Shown here piece after piece: positions 7,198 through 19,268 of a stretch of 64,000 nt of DNA. The notes below the pieces were generated by a model that ran no database searches, was not told the origin of the DNA, and was given only the letters and a program-made list of their open reading frames with translations. This DNA comes from a plasmid, in sequence record NZ_CP029448.1. The stretch is one strand, 5' to 3'. The stretch's first letter is position 1. Every line of letters starts with the position of its first letter. A program made the translations under genes and the position numbers.

Positions 7198-10095
7198 ATG
7201 TCACGACGCCATATTTTCACCGAACGGCAGCGAGCAGCGCTGTTCGATCTGCCCACGGACGAACTGTCGCTACTGAAGTTCTACACGCTGGGCGATGATG
7301 ACCTGGAAAACATTAGGCAGCGCCGCAGACCGGAAAACAGGATTGGCTTTGCCCTGCAACTTTGTGCCTTACGATATCCGGGCCGTGCACTGGCTCCTGG
7401 TGAGATGATCCCGCGTGAAATCCTTTCCTTCGTCGGTGCTCAGCTTGGAGTTCCGGCTGATGCGCTTCTCACTTATGCCACACGGCGCCAAACCCGTCAG
7501 CAGCACATGGACACGCTGCGCGAAATTTACGGCTACAAGACCTTCACGGGCCGTGGTGCCCGTGATCTGCGGGAGTGGACTTTCGGCCAGGCCGAAGATG
7601 CCAGATCAAACGAGGATCTTGCTCATCGTTTTATTGTGCGGTGTCGGGAAACTTCCACCATTCTGCCCGCAGTATCGACAATCGAGCGCTTGTGCGCGGA
7701 TGCTCTGGTCGCCGCTGAGCGGCGGATTGAAACGCGGATTGTGGAAAATTTAACAGCGGATGTTCGCGATCACCTGGACAAACTTCTGAGTGAAATGCTC
7801 GCCGGCAATATCAGTCGTTTCATCTGGCTTCGCAACTTCGAGGTTGGTAACAACTCGGCTGCTGCTAACCGTTTGCTCGACAGGCTCGAATTTCTGCGTA
7901 CCCTGAATATCAATCATAGTGCTTTGGCCAGCATACCTGCCCATCGCATTGCCCGGCTGCGTCGGCAGGGTGAACGCTACTTCACCGACGGTTTGCGTGA
8001 CATCACTTCGGACCGCCGCTGGGCGATCCTTGCCGTCTGTGTTGTGGAGTGGGAAGCGGCGATTGCTGATGCCATAGTCGAAACCCATGACAGGATCGTA
8101 GGAAAAACCTGGCGGGAAGCGAAGCGCCAGCATGACGAAACAATTTCCGGCTCTAAAGCCACACTCGCGGATACGATCCGTACCTTCACCGCGCTGGGAG
8201 CTTCGTTGCTTGAGGCCCGCAGTGACGGAACCCCGCTGGAGATGGCTGTCGCCAGTTCGGTTGCATGGGACCGGCTCGCTCAACTGGTAGCGACAGGGAC
8301 TCAACTCAGCAACACGCTAGCCGATGAGCCTCTTGCATATGTCGGGCAGGGATACCATCGCTTTCGTCGTTATGCGCCCCGCATGTTGCGCTGTCTGAAG
8401 CTCGAAGCCGCGCCGGTCGCCGGACCATTGGTAGCAGCAGCTTTGTCGATCGGAGAGATGAAAGGTGTTGCATCGCCAGAAAGGCGTTTCCTGCGGCCCA
8501 GCTCCAAATGGAACCGTCATTTACGAGCTCAGGAAAAAGGAGATACCCGTCTTTGGGAAGTGGCGGTACTCTTTCACCTCCGGGATGCTTTTCGTTCCGG
8601 AGATGTCTGGCTCGCTCATTCGCGCCGCTATGGTGACCTCAAGCAGGTACTGGTGCCGATGATCGCGGCGCAGGAAAATGCAAAACTGGCCGTGCCTTCC
8701 AACCCACAGGATTGGCTGGCAGACAGAAAGGCGCGACTCACGATCGCTCTTAAGCGGCTGGCCCGGGCTGCCCGTAACGGCACTATTCCGCACGGTAGCA
8801 TAGAAGATGGAACGTTGCGGATCGACAGGTTGACAGCAGACGTGCCGGATGGTGCCGAGGCACTCATACTGGATCTGTATCGCCGAATGCCGTCCGTTCG
8901 GATTACCGACATGCTGCTTGAAGTTGATGCAGCCCTTGGTTTCACAGATGCGTTTACCCATCTGAGAACCGGGGCTCCATGTCGCGACCGGATCGGTCTG
9001 CTCAACGTCCTGCTCGCTGAAGGGCTCAATCTGGGCCTGCGTAAGATGGCGGAAGCTACAAACACGCATGATTACTGGCAGCTCTCACGCCTTGCCCGCT
9101 GGCATGTTGAAAGCGAAGCCATGAACCAGGCATTGGCAATTGTGGTGGCCGCGCAGGGTAAACTGCCGATGTCACGCGTCTGGGGGATGGGCACGTCAGC
9201 ATCGAGCGATGGTCAGTTTTTCCCGACAGCGCGGCATGGCGAAGCCATGAACATGGTCAATGCCAAATATGGTTCTGTTCCCGGCCTCAAAGCGTATACT
9301 CACGTAAGCGACCAGTTCGCGCCATTCGCTTGTCAGTCGATCCCGGCGACCGTGAGCGAGGCACCGTATATTCTCGATGGACTACTGATGAACGAGGTCG
9401 GTCGCCATGTTCGCGAACAGTATGCCGATACAGCAGGATTCACCGACCATTTGTTCGGAGCCAGTAGCCTGCTCGGCTACAATCTCGTTCTGCGAATCAG
9501 GGATCTGCCATCGAAGCGGTTGTACGTATTTAATCCCGATACGACCCCCAGGGAGTTACGCAAGTTGGTAGGTGGAAAAGCCCGGGAGGATCTTATCGTT
9601 GCGAACTGGCCTGATATTTTCCGTTGTGCCGCGACGATGACCGCTGGCAAAATCAGGCCCAGCCAACTCCTGCGCAAGCTCGCTTCTTACCCACGACAAA
9701 ACAACCTTGCAGTTGCGCTTCGTGAAGTTGGTCGTATTGAACGGACCCTTTTCATTATTGAGTGGATCCTGGATACGGACATGCAGCGGCGTGCTCAGAT
9801 CGGTCTTAACAAGGGAGAGGCCCACCATGCGCTCAAAAATGCGCTCCGTATCGGGAGGCAGGGGGAAATTCGCGATCGCACGACAGAGGGGCAGCACTAC
9901 CGAATCGCTGGGCTCAATTTATTGACTGCGGTGATCATTTACTGGAATACCGTCCATCTTGGTCATGCCGTCACGGAGCGGCGGAACGAAGGGTTGGATG
10001 TTCCCCCTGAATTTCTTCCCCACATATCCCCATTGGGCTGGGCGCACATTCTACTGACTGGCGAATATCTTTGGCCCAAGGAACCGAAAGCTTAG
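7198..10095 (+). CDS. tnpA: Tn3-family transposase TnpA (965 aa)
   Basis: MSRRHIFTERQRAALFDLPTDELSLLKFYTLGDDDLENIRQRRRPENRIGFALQLC... It ends inside the terminal IR. Confidence 0.9.
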   Translation: MSRRHIFTERQRAALFDLPTDELSLLKFYTLGDDDLENIRQRRRPENRIGFALQLCALRYPGRALAPGEMIPREILSFVGAQLGVPADALLTYATRRQTRQQHMDTLREIYGYKTFTGRGARDLREWTFGQAEDARSNEDLAHRFIVRCRETSTILPAVSTIERLCADALVAAERRIETRIVENLTADVRDHLDKLLSEMLAGNISRFIWLRNFEVGNNSAAANRLLDRLEFLRTLNINHSALASIPAHRIARLRRQGERYFTDGLRDITSDRRWAILAVCVVEWEAAIADAIVETHDRIVGKTWREAKRQHDETISGSKATLADTIRTFTALGASLLEARSDGTPLEMAVASSVAWDRLAQLVATGTQLSNTLADEPLAYVGQGYHRFRRYAPRMLRCLKLEAAPVAGPLVAAALSIGEMKGVASPERRFLRPSSKWNRHLRAQEKGDTRLWEVAVLFHLRDAFRSGDVWLAHSRRYGDLKQVLVPMIAAQENAKLAVPSNPQDWLADRKARLTIALKRLARAARNGTIPHGSIEDGTLRIDRLTADVPDGAEALILDLYRRMPSVRITDMLLEVDAALGFTDAFTHLRTGAPCRDRIGLLNVLLAEGLNLGLRKMAEATNTHDYWQLSRLARWHVESEAMNQALAIVVAAQGKLPMSRVWGMGTSASSDGQFFPTARHGEAMNMVNAKYGSVPGLKAYTHVSDQFAPFACQSIPATVSEAPYILDGLLMNEVGRHVREQYADTAGFTDHLFGASSLLGYNLVLRIRDLPSKRLYVFNPDTTPRELRKLVGGKAREDLIVANWPDIFRCAATMTAGKIRPSQLLRKLASYPRQNNLAVALREVGRIERTLFIIEWILDTDMQRRAQIGLNKGEAHHALKNALRIGRQGEIRDRTTEGQHYRIAGLNLLTAVIIYWNTVHLGHAVTERRNEGLDVPPEFLPHISPLGWAHILLTGEYLWPKEPKA

Positions 10096-10202
10096 GGTGT
10101 CATTTCGCCCTCAGCCGGAACCGACCCCAACAACACCGGGTGTCGCCAGGGCCGTAGCCTGGGTGGTGACGCCTGGTGTGAAAAAATGGTAAGGGGAGAG
10201 CG

Positions 10203-10964
10203 GTGATTCCAATAGAACGACATCAGCGTATTTTAGCCCTGGTGGAGCAGCGTGGGGCGGTAAGCATTAACGAGCTGACGGAGATCCTCGGCGTGTCCCA
10301 TATGACCATCCGTCGGGACGTCAGTAAACTGGAGGAGCAGGGGCTGCTGGTCAGCGTCTCGGGCGGCGTACGCGCCGTCAGCCGGCTGGCCGCGGAACCC
10401 AGTCATCTGGTGAAAAGCACGCTGCAGAGTGAGGAGAAACAGGCGATCGGCGCGCTGGCGGCGAGTCATATCGCTAAAAACAGTTGCATCTATCTGGATG
10501 CCGGGACTACCACCCTGGCGCTGGCGCGGGCGATCCTCGACCGGAACGATCTCCAGGTGGTCACCAATGATTTTGAGATAACCCAGCTGCTGATCGATGC
10601 CAGTCAGTGCGGCGTGATCCACACCGGCGGCACTCTGTGCCGGGAGAACCGCTCCTGCGTGGGCGAATCGGCGGCGCGTACGTTACGCCACCTGGCTATC
10701 GATACGGCCTTTATCTCCGCCAGCGGCTGGGACAGTCGCGGGATATTCACCCCTGATGAGAACAAGGTTACCGTCAAGGAGACCGTCAGCCAGGTCAGCG
10801 CGAGAAGCATCCTGCTGTGCGACAGTTCGAAATACAATCAGGTGGCCACGTTTATGGCGTTACCTTTGACCCGGTTCACCACCATCATTACCGACCGGCA
10901 TCTCTCCGATGCCGCCGCCAGTCATATCGCCCGGCACGCCTGCGAGGTGCTACGAGCCGGATAA
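10203..10964 (+). CDS. ygbI: DeoR-family transcriptional regulator (ygbI-like, usually co-mobilised with blaSHV)
   Basis: 253 aa with an N-terminal HTH, INELTEILGVSHMTIRRDVSKLEEQGLL, and a DeoR C-terminal sugar-binding-like domain. Confidence 0.7.
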   Translation: MIPIERHQRILALVEQRGAVSINELTEILGVSHMTIRRDVSKLEEQGLLVSVSGGVRAVSRLAAEPSHLVKSTLQSEEKQAIGALAASHIAKNSCIYLDAGTTTLALARAILDRNDLQVVTNDFEITQLLIDASQCGVIHTGGTLCRENRSCVGESAARTLRHLAIDTAFISASGWDSRGIFTPDENKVTVKETVSQVSARSILLCDSSKYNQVATFMALPLTRFTTIITDRHLSDAAASHIARHACEVLRAG

Positions 10965-10984
10965 CGCGCGCGGCCACCGCCGGG

Positions 10985-11845
10985 TTAGCGTTGCCAGTGC
11001 TCGATCAGCGCCGCGCCGATCCCGGCGATTTGCTGATTTCGCTCGGCCATGCTCGCCGGCGTATCCCGCAGATAAATCACCACAATCCGCTCTGCTTTGT
11101 TATTCGGGCCAAGCAGGGCGACAATCCCGCGCGCACCCCGTTCGCTAGCTCCGGTCTTATCGGCGATAAACCAGCCCGCCGGCAGCACGGAGCGGATCAA
11201 CGGTCCGGCGACCCGATCGTCCACCATCCACTGCAGCAGCTGCCGTTGCGAACGGGCGCTCAGACGCTGGCTGGTCAGCAGCTTGCGCAGGGTCGCGGCC
11301 ATGCTGGCCGGGGTAGTGGTGTCGCGGGCGTCGCCGGGAAGCGCCTCATTCAGTTCCGTTTCCCAGCGGTCAAGGCGGGTGACGTTGTCGCCGATCTGGC
11401 GCAAAAAGGCAGTCAATCCTGCGGGGCCGCCGACGGTGGCCAGCAGCAGATTGGCGGCGCTGTTATCGCTCATGGTAATGGCGGCGGCACAGAGTTCGCC
11501 GACCGTCATGCCGTCGGCAAGGTGTTTTTCGCTGACCGGCGAGTAGTCCACCAGATCCTGCTGGCGATAGTGGATCTTTCGCTCCAGCTGTTCGTCACCG
11601 GCATCCACCCGCGCCAGCACTGCGCCGCAGAGCACTACTTTAAAGGTGCTCATCATGGGAAAGCGTTCATCGGCGCGCCAGGCGGTCAGCGTGCGGCCGC
11701 TGGCCAGATCCATTTCTATCATGCCTACGCTGCCCGACAGCTGGCTTTCGCTTAGTTTAATTTGCTCAAGCGGCTGCGGGCTGGCGTGTACCGCCAGCGG
11801 CAGGGTGGCTAACAGGGAGATAATACACAGGCGAAAATAACGCAT
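10985..11845 (-). CDS. blaSHV: SHV-family class A beta-lactamase with G238S (extended-spectrum type); also I8F and R43S relative to SHV-1, E240 retained
   Basis: [47 protein letters not shown]...STFK...SDN...[15 protein letters not shown]...IEHWQR. The SHV-1 reference has ...KTGAGERG... and SGRVG. The ORF-track start at 11899 is an upstream extension; I call ATG at 11843-11845. Confidence 0.9.
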   Translation of the reverse strand: MRYFRLCIISLLATLPLAVHASPQPLEQIKLSESQLSGSVGMIEMDLASGRTLTAWRADERFPMMSTFKVVLCGAVLARVDAGDEQLERKIHYRQQDLVDYSPVSEKHLADGMTVGELCAAAITMSDNSAANLLLATVGGPAGLTAFLRQIGDNVTRLDRWETELNEALPGDARDTTTPASMAATLRKLLTSQRLSARSQRQLLQWMVDDRVAGPLIRSVLPAGWFIADKTGASERGARGIVALLGPNNKAERIVVIYLRDTPASMAERNQQIAGIGAALIEHWQR

Positions 11846-11933
11846 AACCACAATACATCCTTGAGTGAGGGCCGATAAAGGCGAGTAAAGAAGCGACAAA
11901 TAAGAATAACCCGGCGTTTTGCTGATTCACAAT

Positions 11934-12990
11934 GGCTTTGTTGAATAAATCGAACTTTTGCTGAGTTGAAGGATCAGATCACACATCTTCCCGACAACGC
12001 AGACCGTTCCGTGGCAAAGCAAAAGTTCAAAATCACCAACTGGCCCACCTACAATAAAGCCCTCATCAACCGTGGCTCCATAACTTTCTGGCTGGATGAT
12101 GAAGCTATTCAGGCCTGGTATGAGTCGGCAACGCCTTCATCACGAGGCAGACCTCAGCGCTATTCTGACCTTGCCATCACGACTGTGCTGGTCATTAAAC
12201 GCGTATTCAGGCTGACCCTGCGGGCTGCACAGGGTTTTATTGATTCCATTTTTACACTGATGAATGTTCCGTTGCGCTGCCCGGATTACACCAGTGTCAG
12301 CAAGCGCGCAAAGTCGGTTAATGTCAGTTTCAAAACGTTCACCCGGGGTGAAATCGCGCATCTGGTGATTGATTCCACCGGGCTGAAGGTCTTCGGTGAA
12401 GGCGAGTGGAAAGTCAAAAAGCATGGCCAGGAACGCCGCCGTATCTGGCGTAAGCTGCATCTGGCAGTTGACAGCAACACACATGAAATCATCTGTGCAG
12501 ACCTGTCGCTGAACAATGTGACGGACTCAGAAGCCTTCCCGGGTCTTATCCGGCAGACTCACAGAAAAATCAGGGCAGCATCGGCAGACGGCGCTTACGA
12601 CACCCGGCTCTGTCACGATGAACTGCGGCGTAAGAAAATCAGCGCGCTTATCCCTCCCCGAAAAGGTGCGGGTTACTGGCCCGGTGAATATGCAGACCGT
12701 AACCGTGCAGTGGCTAATCAGCGAATGACCGGGAGTAATGCGCGGTGGAAATGGACAACAGATTACAACCGTCGCTCGATAGCGGAAACGGCGATGTACC
12801 GGGTAAAACAGCTGTTCGGGGGTTCACTGACGCTGCGTGACTACGATGGTCAGGTTGCGGAGGCTATGGCCCTGGTACGAGCGCTGAACAAAATGACGAA
12901 AGCAGGTATGCCTGAAAGCGTGCGTATTGCCTGAAAACACAACCCGCTACGGGGGAGACTTACCCGAAATCTGATTTATTCAACAAAGCC
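11934..12990 (+). mobile_element. IS903-type (IS5 family) element, copy 1, 1057 bp, no TSD
   Basis: 18-bp IRs GGCTTTGTTGAATAAATC at both ends. Flanks ATTCACAAT / GTCTTCGTC do not match. Confidence 0.85.
11966..12934 (+). CDS. tnp: IS903 transposase
   Basis: 322 aa, MKDQITHLPDNADRSVAKQKFKITNWPTYNKALINRGS... Confidence 0.9.
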   Translation: MKDQITHLPDNADRSVAKQKFKITNWPTYNKALINRGSITFWLDDEAIQAWYESATPSSRGRPQRYSDLAITTVLVIKRVFRLTLRAAQGFIDSIFTLMNVPLRCPDYTSVSKRAKSVNVSFKTFTRGEIAHLVIDSTGLKVFGEGEWKVKKHGQERRRIWRKLHLAVDSNTHEIICADLSLNNVTDSEAFPGLIRQTHRKIRAASADGAYDTRLCHDELRRKKISALIPPRKGAGYWPGEYADRNRAVANQRMTGSNARWKWTTDYNRRSIAETAMYRVKQLFGGSLTLRDYDGQVAEAMALVRALNKMTKAGMPESVRIA

Positions 12991-13120
12991 GTCTTCGTCA
13001 TTAAAAACGGTTCCGGTCTTCAGGACGCCATAGACTGGCCCTATGAATCTCCAGACAGTTGGTATCACTTAAATTAGTGATAGTCTTAATACTAGTTTTA
13101 GACTAGTCGTTGGAGTCCGA

Positions 13121-13486
13121 ATGATTGATGTTCTAGGTCCAGAGAAGCGCAGACGGCGCAGCGTTCAGGAAAAAATCGCCATTGTTCAGCAGAGCTTTGA
13201 GCCCGGAATGACCGTGTCGCTGGTCGCCCGTCAGCATGGCGTTGCTGCCAGTCAGCTGTTCCTGTGGCGTAAGCAATATCAGGAAGGCAGTCTCACTGCG
13301 GTTGCCGCGGGTGAACAGGTTGTACCCGCGTCGGAGCTGGCATCTGCAATGAAGCAAATTAAAGAGTTACAGCGCCTGCTGGGCAAAAAAACCATGGAAA
13401 ACGAGCTGCTGAAAGAAGCCGTTGAATATGGCCGACAAAAAAAGTGGATAGCGCACGTGCCCTTGTTGCCGGAGGATGGCGAATAA
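13121..13486 (+). CDS. insC: IS2 InsC (orfA)
   Basis: 121 aa, [13 protein letters not shown]... Confidence 0.85.
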   Translation: MIDVLGPEKRRRRSVQEKIAIVQQSFEPGMTVSLVARQHGVAASQLFLWRKQYQEGSLTAVAAGEQVVPASELASAMKQIKELQRLLGKKTMENELLKEAVEYGRQKKWIAHVPLLPEDGE

Positions 13487-14213
13487 GCCTTGTCAGTCGT
13501 TGCCTCCGGGTCTCACGTGCGCAACTGCATGCCATGGCCCGTCGGTCGAAGGGCTGGCAGGATCGTCGGTGCAAGCGCAAGCCTGATGATACTGAAGCGC
13601 TGGCTCGTATCCATACCGTTATCGACGATCTGCCCACCTATGGTTATCGTCGTGTATGGGCACTGCTGCGCAGACAATCAGAAACTGACGACATGGCGGT
13701 GATCAATGCCAAACGCGTATACCGCATCATGCGTCAGAATGCGCTGCTGCTTGAGCGTAAACCGGCAATACCGCCCTCGAAGCGGGCGCATAGAGGGAAA
13801 GTGGCCGTTGGAGAAAGTAACCAGCGGTGGTGCTCCGACGGCTTCGAGTTCAGCTGTGATAACGGTGAAAAACTGCGGGTCACGTTCGCGCTGGACTGTT
13901 GCGATCGCGAGGCACTTCACTGGGCGGCAAGTACCGGTGGATATGACAGTGAAACCGTGCAGGACGTCATGCTGGGTGCCGTGGAGCGTCGCTTCGGTAA
14001 CAGCCTGCCGACATCCCCAGTTGAGTGGCTGACAGACAACGGTTCAGCCTACCGTTCTTATCAGACGCGTCAGTTCGCCAGAATGGTAGGACTGGAGCCT
14101 AAACATACGGCGGTACGTAGCCCGGAAAGCAACGGAATGGCGGAGAGCTTCGTGAAAACGATGAAGCGCGACTACATCAGCATCATGCCAAAACCTGACG
14201 GGTTAACAGCGGC
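13444..14213 (+). pseudogene. insD: IS2 InsD (orfB), lacking its C-terminus
   Basis: [12 protein letters not shown]...; homology ends at ...[10 protein letters not shown] and the remaining residues are read from IS1 sequence. Confidence 0.8.
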
Positions 14214-14287
14214 GGTGATGCTGCCAACTTACTGATTTAGTGTATGATGGTGTTTTTGAGGTGCTCCAGTGGCTTCTGTTTCTATCA
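14214..14287 (+). mobile_element. IS1 left-end fragment (first ~74 bp incl. IRL) abutting the mercury-transposon IR
   Basis: GGTGATGCTGCCAACTTACTGATTTAGTGTATGATGGTGTTTTTGAGGTGCTCCAGTGGCTTCTGTTTCTATCAG, then GGGGTCGTCTCAG. Confidence 0.85.
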
Positions 14288-14320
14288 GGGGTCGTCTCAG
14301 AATTCGGAAAATAAAGCACG

Positions 14321-14776
14321 CTAAGGCGTAGTCACCCCGTGACTCCCCCGCGCCGATGCAGCGAGCTTCGTTCCGTCTTGCAGTGACGCAATCAGCGGGC
14401 AGGAAACGTTCCCTTTCCGCGCATGGCAGGCGCACACCAGTTCAGACAGCACGGCCTCCATGCGTGCCAAGTCGGCCATCTTCTCGCGCACATCCTTGAG
14501 CTTGTGCTCGGCCAGGCCGCTGGCTTCCTCGCAATGGGTGCCATCCTCCAGCCGCAGTAGCTCGGCGATTTCGTCCAGGCTAAAGCCCAGCCGCTGGGCC
14601 GATTTCACGAACCGCACTCGTGTTACATCCGCCTCGCCATAGCGGCGAATGCTGCCATAGGGCTTGTCTGGCTCCGGCAGCAGGCCCTTGCGCTGGTAGA
14701 ACCGGATGGTCTCCACATTGACCCCGGCCGCCTTGGCAAAAACGCCAATGGTCAGATTCTCAAAATTAATTTGCAT
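14321..14776 (-). CDS. merR: MerR mercury-responsive regulator (variant C-terminus, reading frame extends into the IR)
   Basis: [57 protein letters not shown]...CPLIASLQ... Confidence 0.85.
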   Translation of the reverse strand: MQINFENLTIGVFAKAAGVNVETIRFYQRKGLLPEPDKPYGSIRRYGEADVTRVRFVKSAQRLGFSLDEIAELLRLEDGTHCEEASGLAEHKLKDVREKMADLARMEAVLSELVCACHARKGNVSCPLIASLQDGTKLAASARGSHGVTTP

Positions 14777-14847
14777 ATCGCTTGACTCCGTACATAACTA
14801 CGGAAGTAAGCTTAAGCTATCCAAACCAAATTTGAAAGGACAAGCGT
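14777..14847. promoter_or_regulatory. merR/merT divergent promoter-operator (merOP)
   Basis: TTGACTCCGTACATAACTACGGAAGTAAGCTTAAGCT: -35 TTGACT followed by the MerR dyad CCGTAC...TACGG with the long spacer typical of Pmer. Confidence 0.6.
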
Positions 14848-15213
14848 ATGTCTGAACCACAAAAGTCTGAACCACAAAACGGGCGCGGCGCGCTCTTCGC
14901 CGGTGGGCTGGCCGCCATTCTTGCGTCGGCCTGCTGCCTGGGGCCGCTGGTTTTGATCGCCTTGGGGTTCAGCGGGGCATGGATCGGCAACCTGACGGTG
15001 CTGGAACCCTATCGCCCGATCTTCATCGGCGCAGCGCTGGTCGCGCTGTTTTTCGCCTGGCGGCGCATCTACCGCCCGGCGCAAGCCTGCAAACCGGGTG
15101 AGGTCTGCGCGATTCCCCAAGTGCGAGCTACTTACAAGCTCATTTTCTGGATCGTGGCCGCGCTGGTCCTGGTCTCGCTCGGATTTCCCTACGTCATGCC
15201 ATTTTTCTATTAA
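14848..15213 (+). CDS. merT: MerT mercuric ion transporter
   Basis: ...PQNGRGALFAGGLAAILASACCLGPLVLIALGFSGAWIG... Confidence 0.85.
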   Translation: MSEPQKSEPQNGRGALFAGGLAAILASACCLGPLVLIALGFSGAWIGNLTVLEPYRPIFIGAALVALFFAWRRIYRPAQACKPGEVCAIPQVRATYKLIFWIVAALVLVSLGFPYVMPFFY

Positions 15214-15228
15214 TCACAGGAGTTCATC

Positions 15229-15504
15229 ATGAAAAAACTGTTTGCCGCCCTCGCCCTCGCTGCCGTTGTTGCCCCCGTGTGGGCCGCCACCCAGACCGTC
15301 ACGCTGTCCGTGCCTGGCATGACCTGCGCCTCTTGCCCGATCACTGTCAAGCACGCGCTTTCCAAGGTTGAGGGCGTGAGCAAGACCGACGTAAGTTTCG
15401 ACAAGCGCCAGGCCGTCGTCACCTTCGACGATGCCAAGACCAACGTCCAGAAGTTGACCAAGGCGACCGAGGACGCGGGCTATCCGTCCAGCCTCAAACG
15501 CTGA
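15229..15504 (+). CDS. merP: MerP periplasmic Hg-binding protein
   Basis: Signal peptide plus GMTCASCPITV heavy-metal-associated motif. Confidence 0.9.
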   Translation: MKKLFAALALAAVVAPVWAATQTVTLSVPGMTCASCPITVKHALSKVEGVSKTDVSFDKRQAVVTFDDAKTNVQKLTKATEDAGYPSSLKR

Positions 15505-15531
15505 TCCGTTAACCGAACTCGGGAGCGACAC

Positions 15532-17681
<2,150 letters not shown>

Positions 17682-17698
17682 GGAAAAGGAGGTGTTCA

Positions 17699-18064
17699 AT
17701 GAGCGCCTACACAGTGTCCCGGCTGGCCCTTGATGCCGGGGTGAGCGTGCATATCGTGCGCGACTACCTGCTGCGCGGATTGCTACGGCCGGTCGCGTAC
17801 ACCACGGGCGGCTACGGCTTGTTCGATGACACCGCGTTGCAACGGCTGCGCTTTGTACGGGCTGCCTTCGAAGCGGGTATCGGCCTGGACGCACTGGCGC
17901 GGCTGTGCCGGGCGCTGGATGCTGCGGACGGTGACGGTGCGTCTGCGCAGCTTGCCGTGTTGCGGCAACTCGTCGAGCGTCGGCGCGAGGCCCTGGCCAG
18001 CCTCGAAATGCAACTGGCCGCCATGCCAACCGAACCGGCACAGCACGCGGAGAGTCTGCCATGA
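17699..18064 (+). CDS. merD: MerD co-regulator
   Basis: [33 protein letters not shown]...; the ORF-track start at 17666 is an upstream extension overlapping the merA end. Confidence 0.8.
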
Positions 18065-18297
18065 ACAGCCCAGAGCACTTGCCGTCTGAGACGCACAAAC
18101 CGATCACCGGCTACTTGTGGGGCGCGCTGGCCGTGCTCACCTGTCCCTGCCATTTGCCGATTCTCGCCATTGTGCTAGCCGGCACGACGGCCGGCGCGTT
18201 CATCGGGGAGCACTGGGGTATTGCAGCCCTCACGCTGACCGGCTTGTTTGTCCTGTCTGTGACGCGGCTGCTGCGGGCCTTCAAGGGAAGATCATGA
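18061..18297 (+). CDS. merE: MerE
   Basis: [41 protein letters not shown]... Confidence 0.85.
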
Positions 18298-18362
18298 CCG
18301 CTTCCCAGCCAGCCGAGAGTGGGCAGCTTTGAGCTTCGCTACCAATCTGGAGGAGTACCACC

Positions 18363-18575
18363 ATGAACGCAAACGCCCCGAACACTGCCAGTTGCACCAC
18401 CTGCTGCGTATGCTGCAAAGAAATTCCGCTCGATGCCGCCTTCACCCCGGAAGGCGCGGAATACGTCGAACATTTCTGCGGGCTGGATTGCTATGAACGC
18501 TTCCAGGCACGCGCCAAGGCCGCGACAGAATCTGACATTGCGCCTGTCCCTGGCGGTTCGCAGCCGTCAGATTGA
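18363..18575 (+). CDS. Small Cys-rich ORF downstream of merE (urf2/orf-2-like position)
   Basis: 70 aa, [47 protein letters not shown]... with an RBS GGAGTACC. Confidence 0.4.
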   Translation: MNANAPNTASCTTCCVCCKEIPLDAAFTPEGAEYVEHFCGLDCYERFQARAKAATESDIAPVPGGSQPSD

Positions 18576-18705
18576 GGCATACCCTAACTTGGCGTCAGAC
18601 CATCCGGCGCTAAATCGTCAGAATAGAGTTGCCTTCCGAATTGATTGACATACGCCGTCAAGGGTCATAGATTTCTTCCTGACACATTTCCCTCAGGAGG
18701 ATACC
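18576..18705. promoter_or_regulatory. res site region upstream of tnpR
   Basis: Intergenic region immediately 5' of the resolvase gene, in the position res occupies in Tn21/Tn501-type transposons. Confidence 0.45.
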
Positions 18706-19266
18706 TTGCACGGTCAGCGCATCGGTTACGTCCGCGTCAGCAGCTTCGACCAGAACCCAGAACGGCAGCTCGAACAGATCCAGGTGGATAAAGTGTTCAC
18801 CGACAAGGCGTCGGGCAAGGACACACGGCGGCCCGAACTGGAACGGCTGCTCGCCTTCGTGCGCGAAGGCGACACGGTCGTGGTGCACAGCATGGATCGT
18901 CTGGCGCGCAACCTCGACGACCTGCGCCGCCTGGTGCAGGGCCTCACCCAGCGCGGCGTACGCATCGAGTTCCTTAAGGAGCATTTGACCTTCACCGGCG
19001 AGGACTCGCCGATGGCGAACCTGATGCTGTCGGTAATGGGCGCGTTCGCCGAGTTCGAACGCGCCTTGATCCGCGAGCGGCAGCGCGAGGGCATCGCGCT
19101 CGCCAAGCAGCGCGGGGCCTACCGTGGCAGGAAGAAATCCCTGTCGTCTGAGCGTATTGCCGAACTGCGCCAACGTGTCGAGGCTGGCGAGCAAAAGACC
19201 AAGCTGGCTCGTGAATTCGGAATCAGTCGCGAAACCCTGTATCAATACTTGAGAACGGATCAGTAA
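18706..19266 (+). CDS. tnpR: Resolvase TnpR (Tn21/Tn501 type)
   Basis: [24 protein letters not shown]... 186 aa. Confidence 0.9.
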   Translation: MHGQRIGYVRVSSFDQNPERQLEQIQVDKVFTDKASGKDTRRPELERLLAFVREGDTVVVHSMDRLARNLDDLRRLVQGLTQRGVRIEFLKEHLTFTGEDSPMANLMLSVMGAFAEFERALIRERQREGIALAKQRGAYRGRKKSLSSERIAELRQRVEAGEQKTKLAREFGISRETLYQYLRTDQ

Positions 19267-19268
19267 AT

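Larger units (their letters stand above)
6465..10128 (+). mobile_element. Tn5403-like Tn3-family element, copy A (3664 bp; tnpR and tnpA only; no TSD)
   Basis: 38-bp terminal IRs GGGGTCGGTTCCGGCTGAGGGCGAAATGACACCCTAAG (6465-6502; inverted at 10091-10128). Identical to the copy at 33210-36873. Flanks AGACA / AACAA do not match. Confidence 0.8.
13031..14213 (+). mobile_element. IS2 (IS3 family), 3' end truncated by an IS1 end
   Basis: Left end TAGACTGGCCC... plus the InsC and InsD products. The InsD frame breaks at ...KPDGLTAA, where GGTGATGCTGCC (IS1) begins. Confidence 0.85.

Noticed and set aside
10817-11755. 312-aa plus-strand ORF overlapping blaSHV (and the 10233-10622 minus-strand ORF inside the DeoR gene)
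   Set aside because: Antisense to strongly supported genes; GC-driven open frames with low-complexity products.
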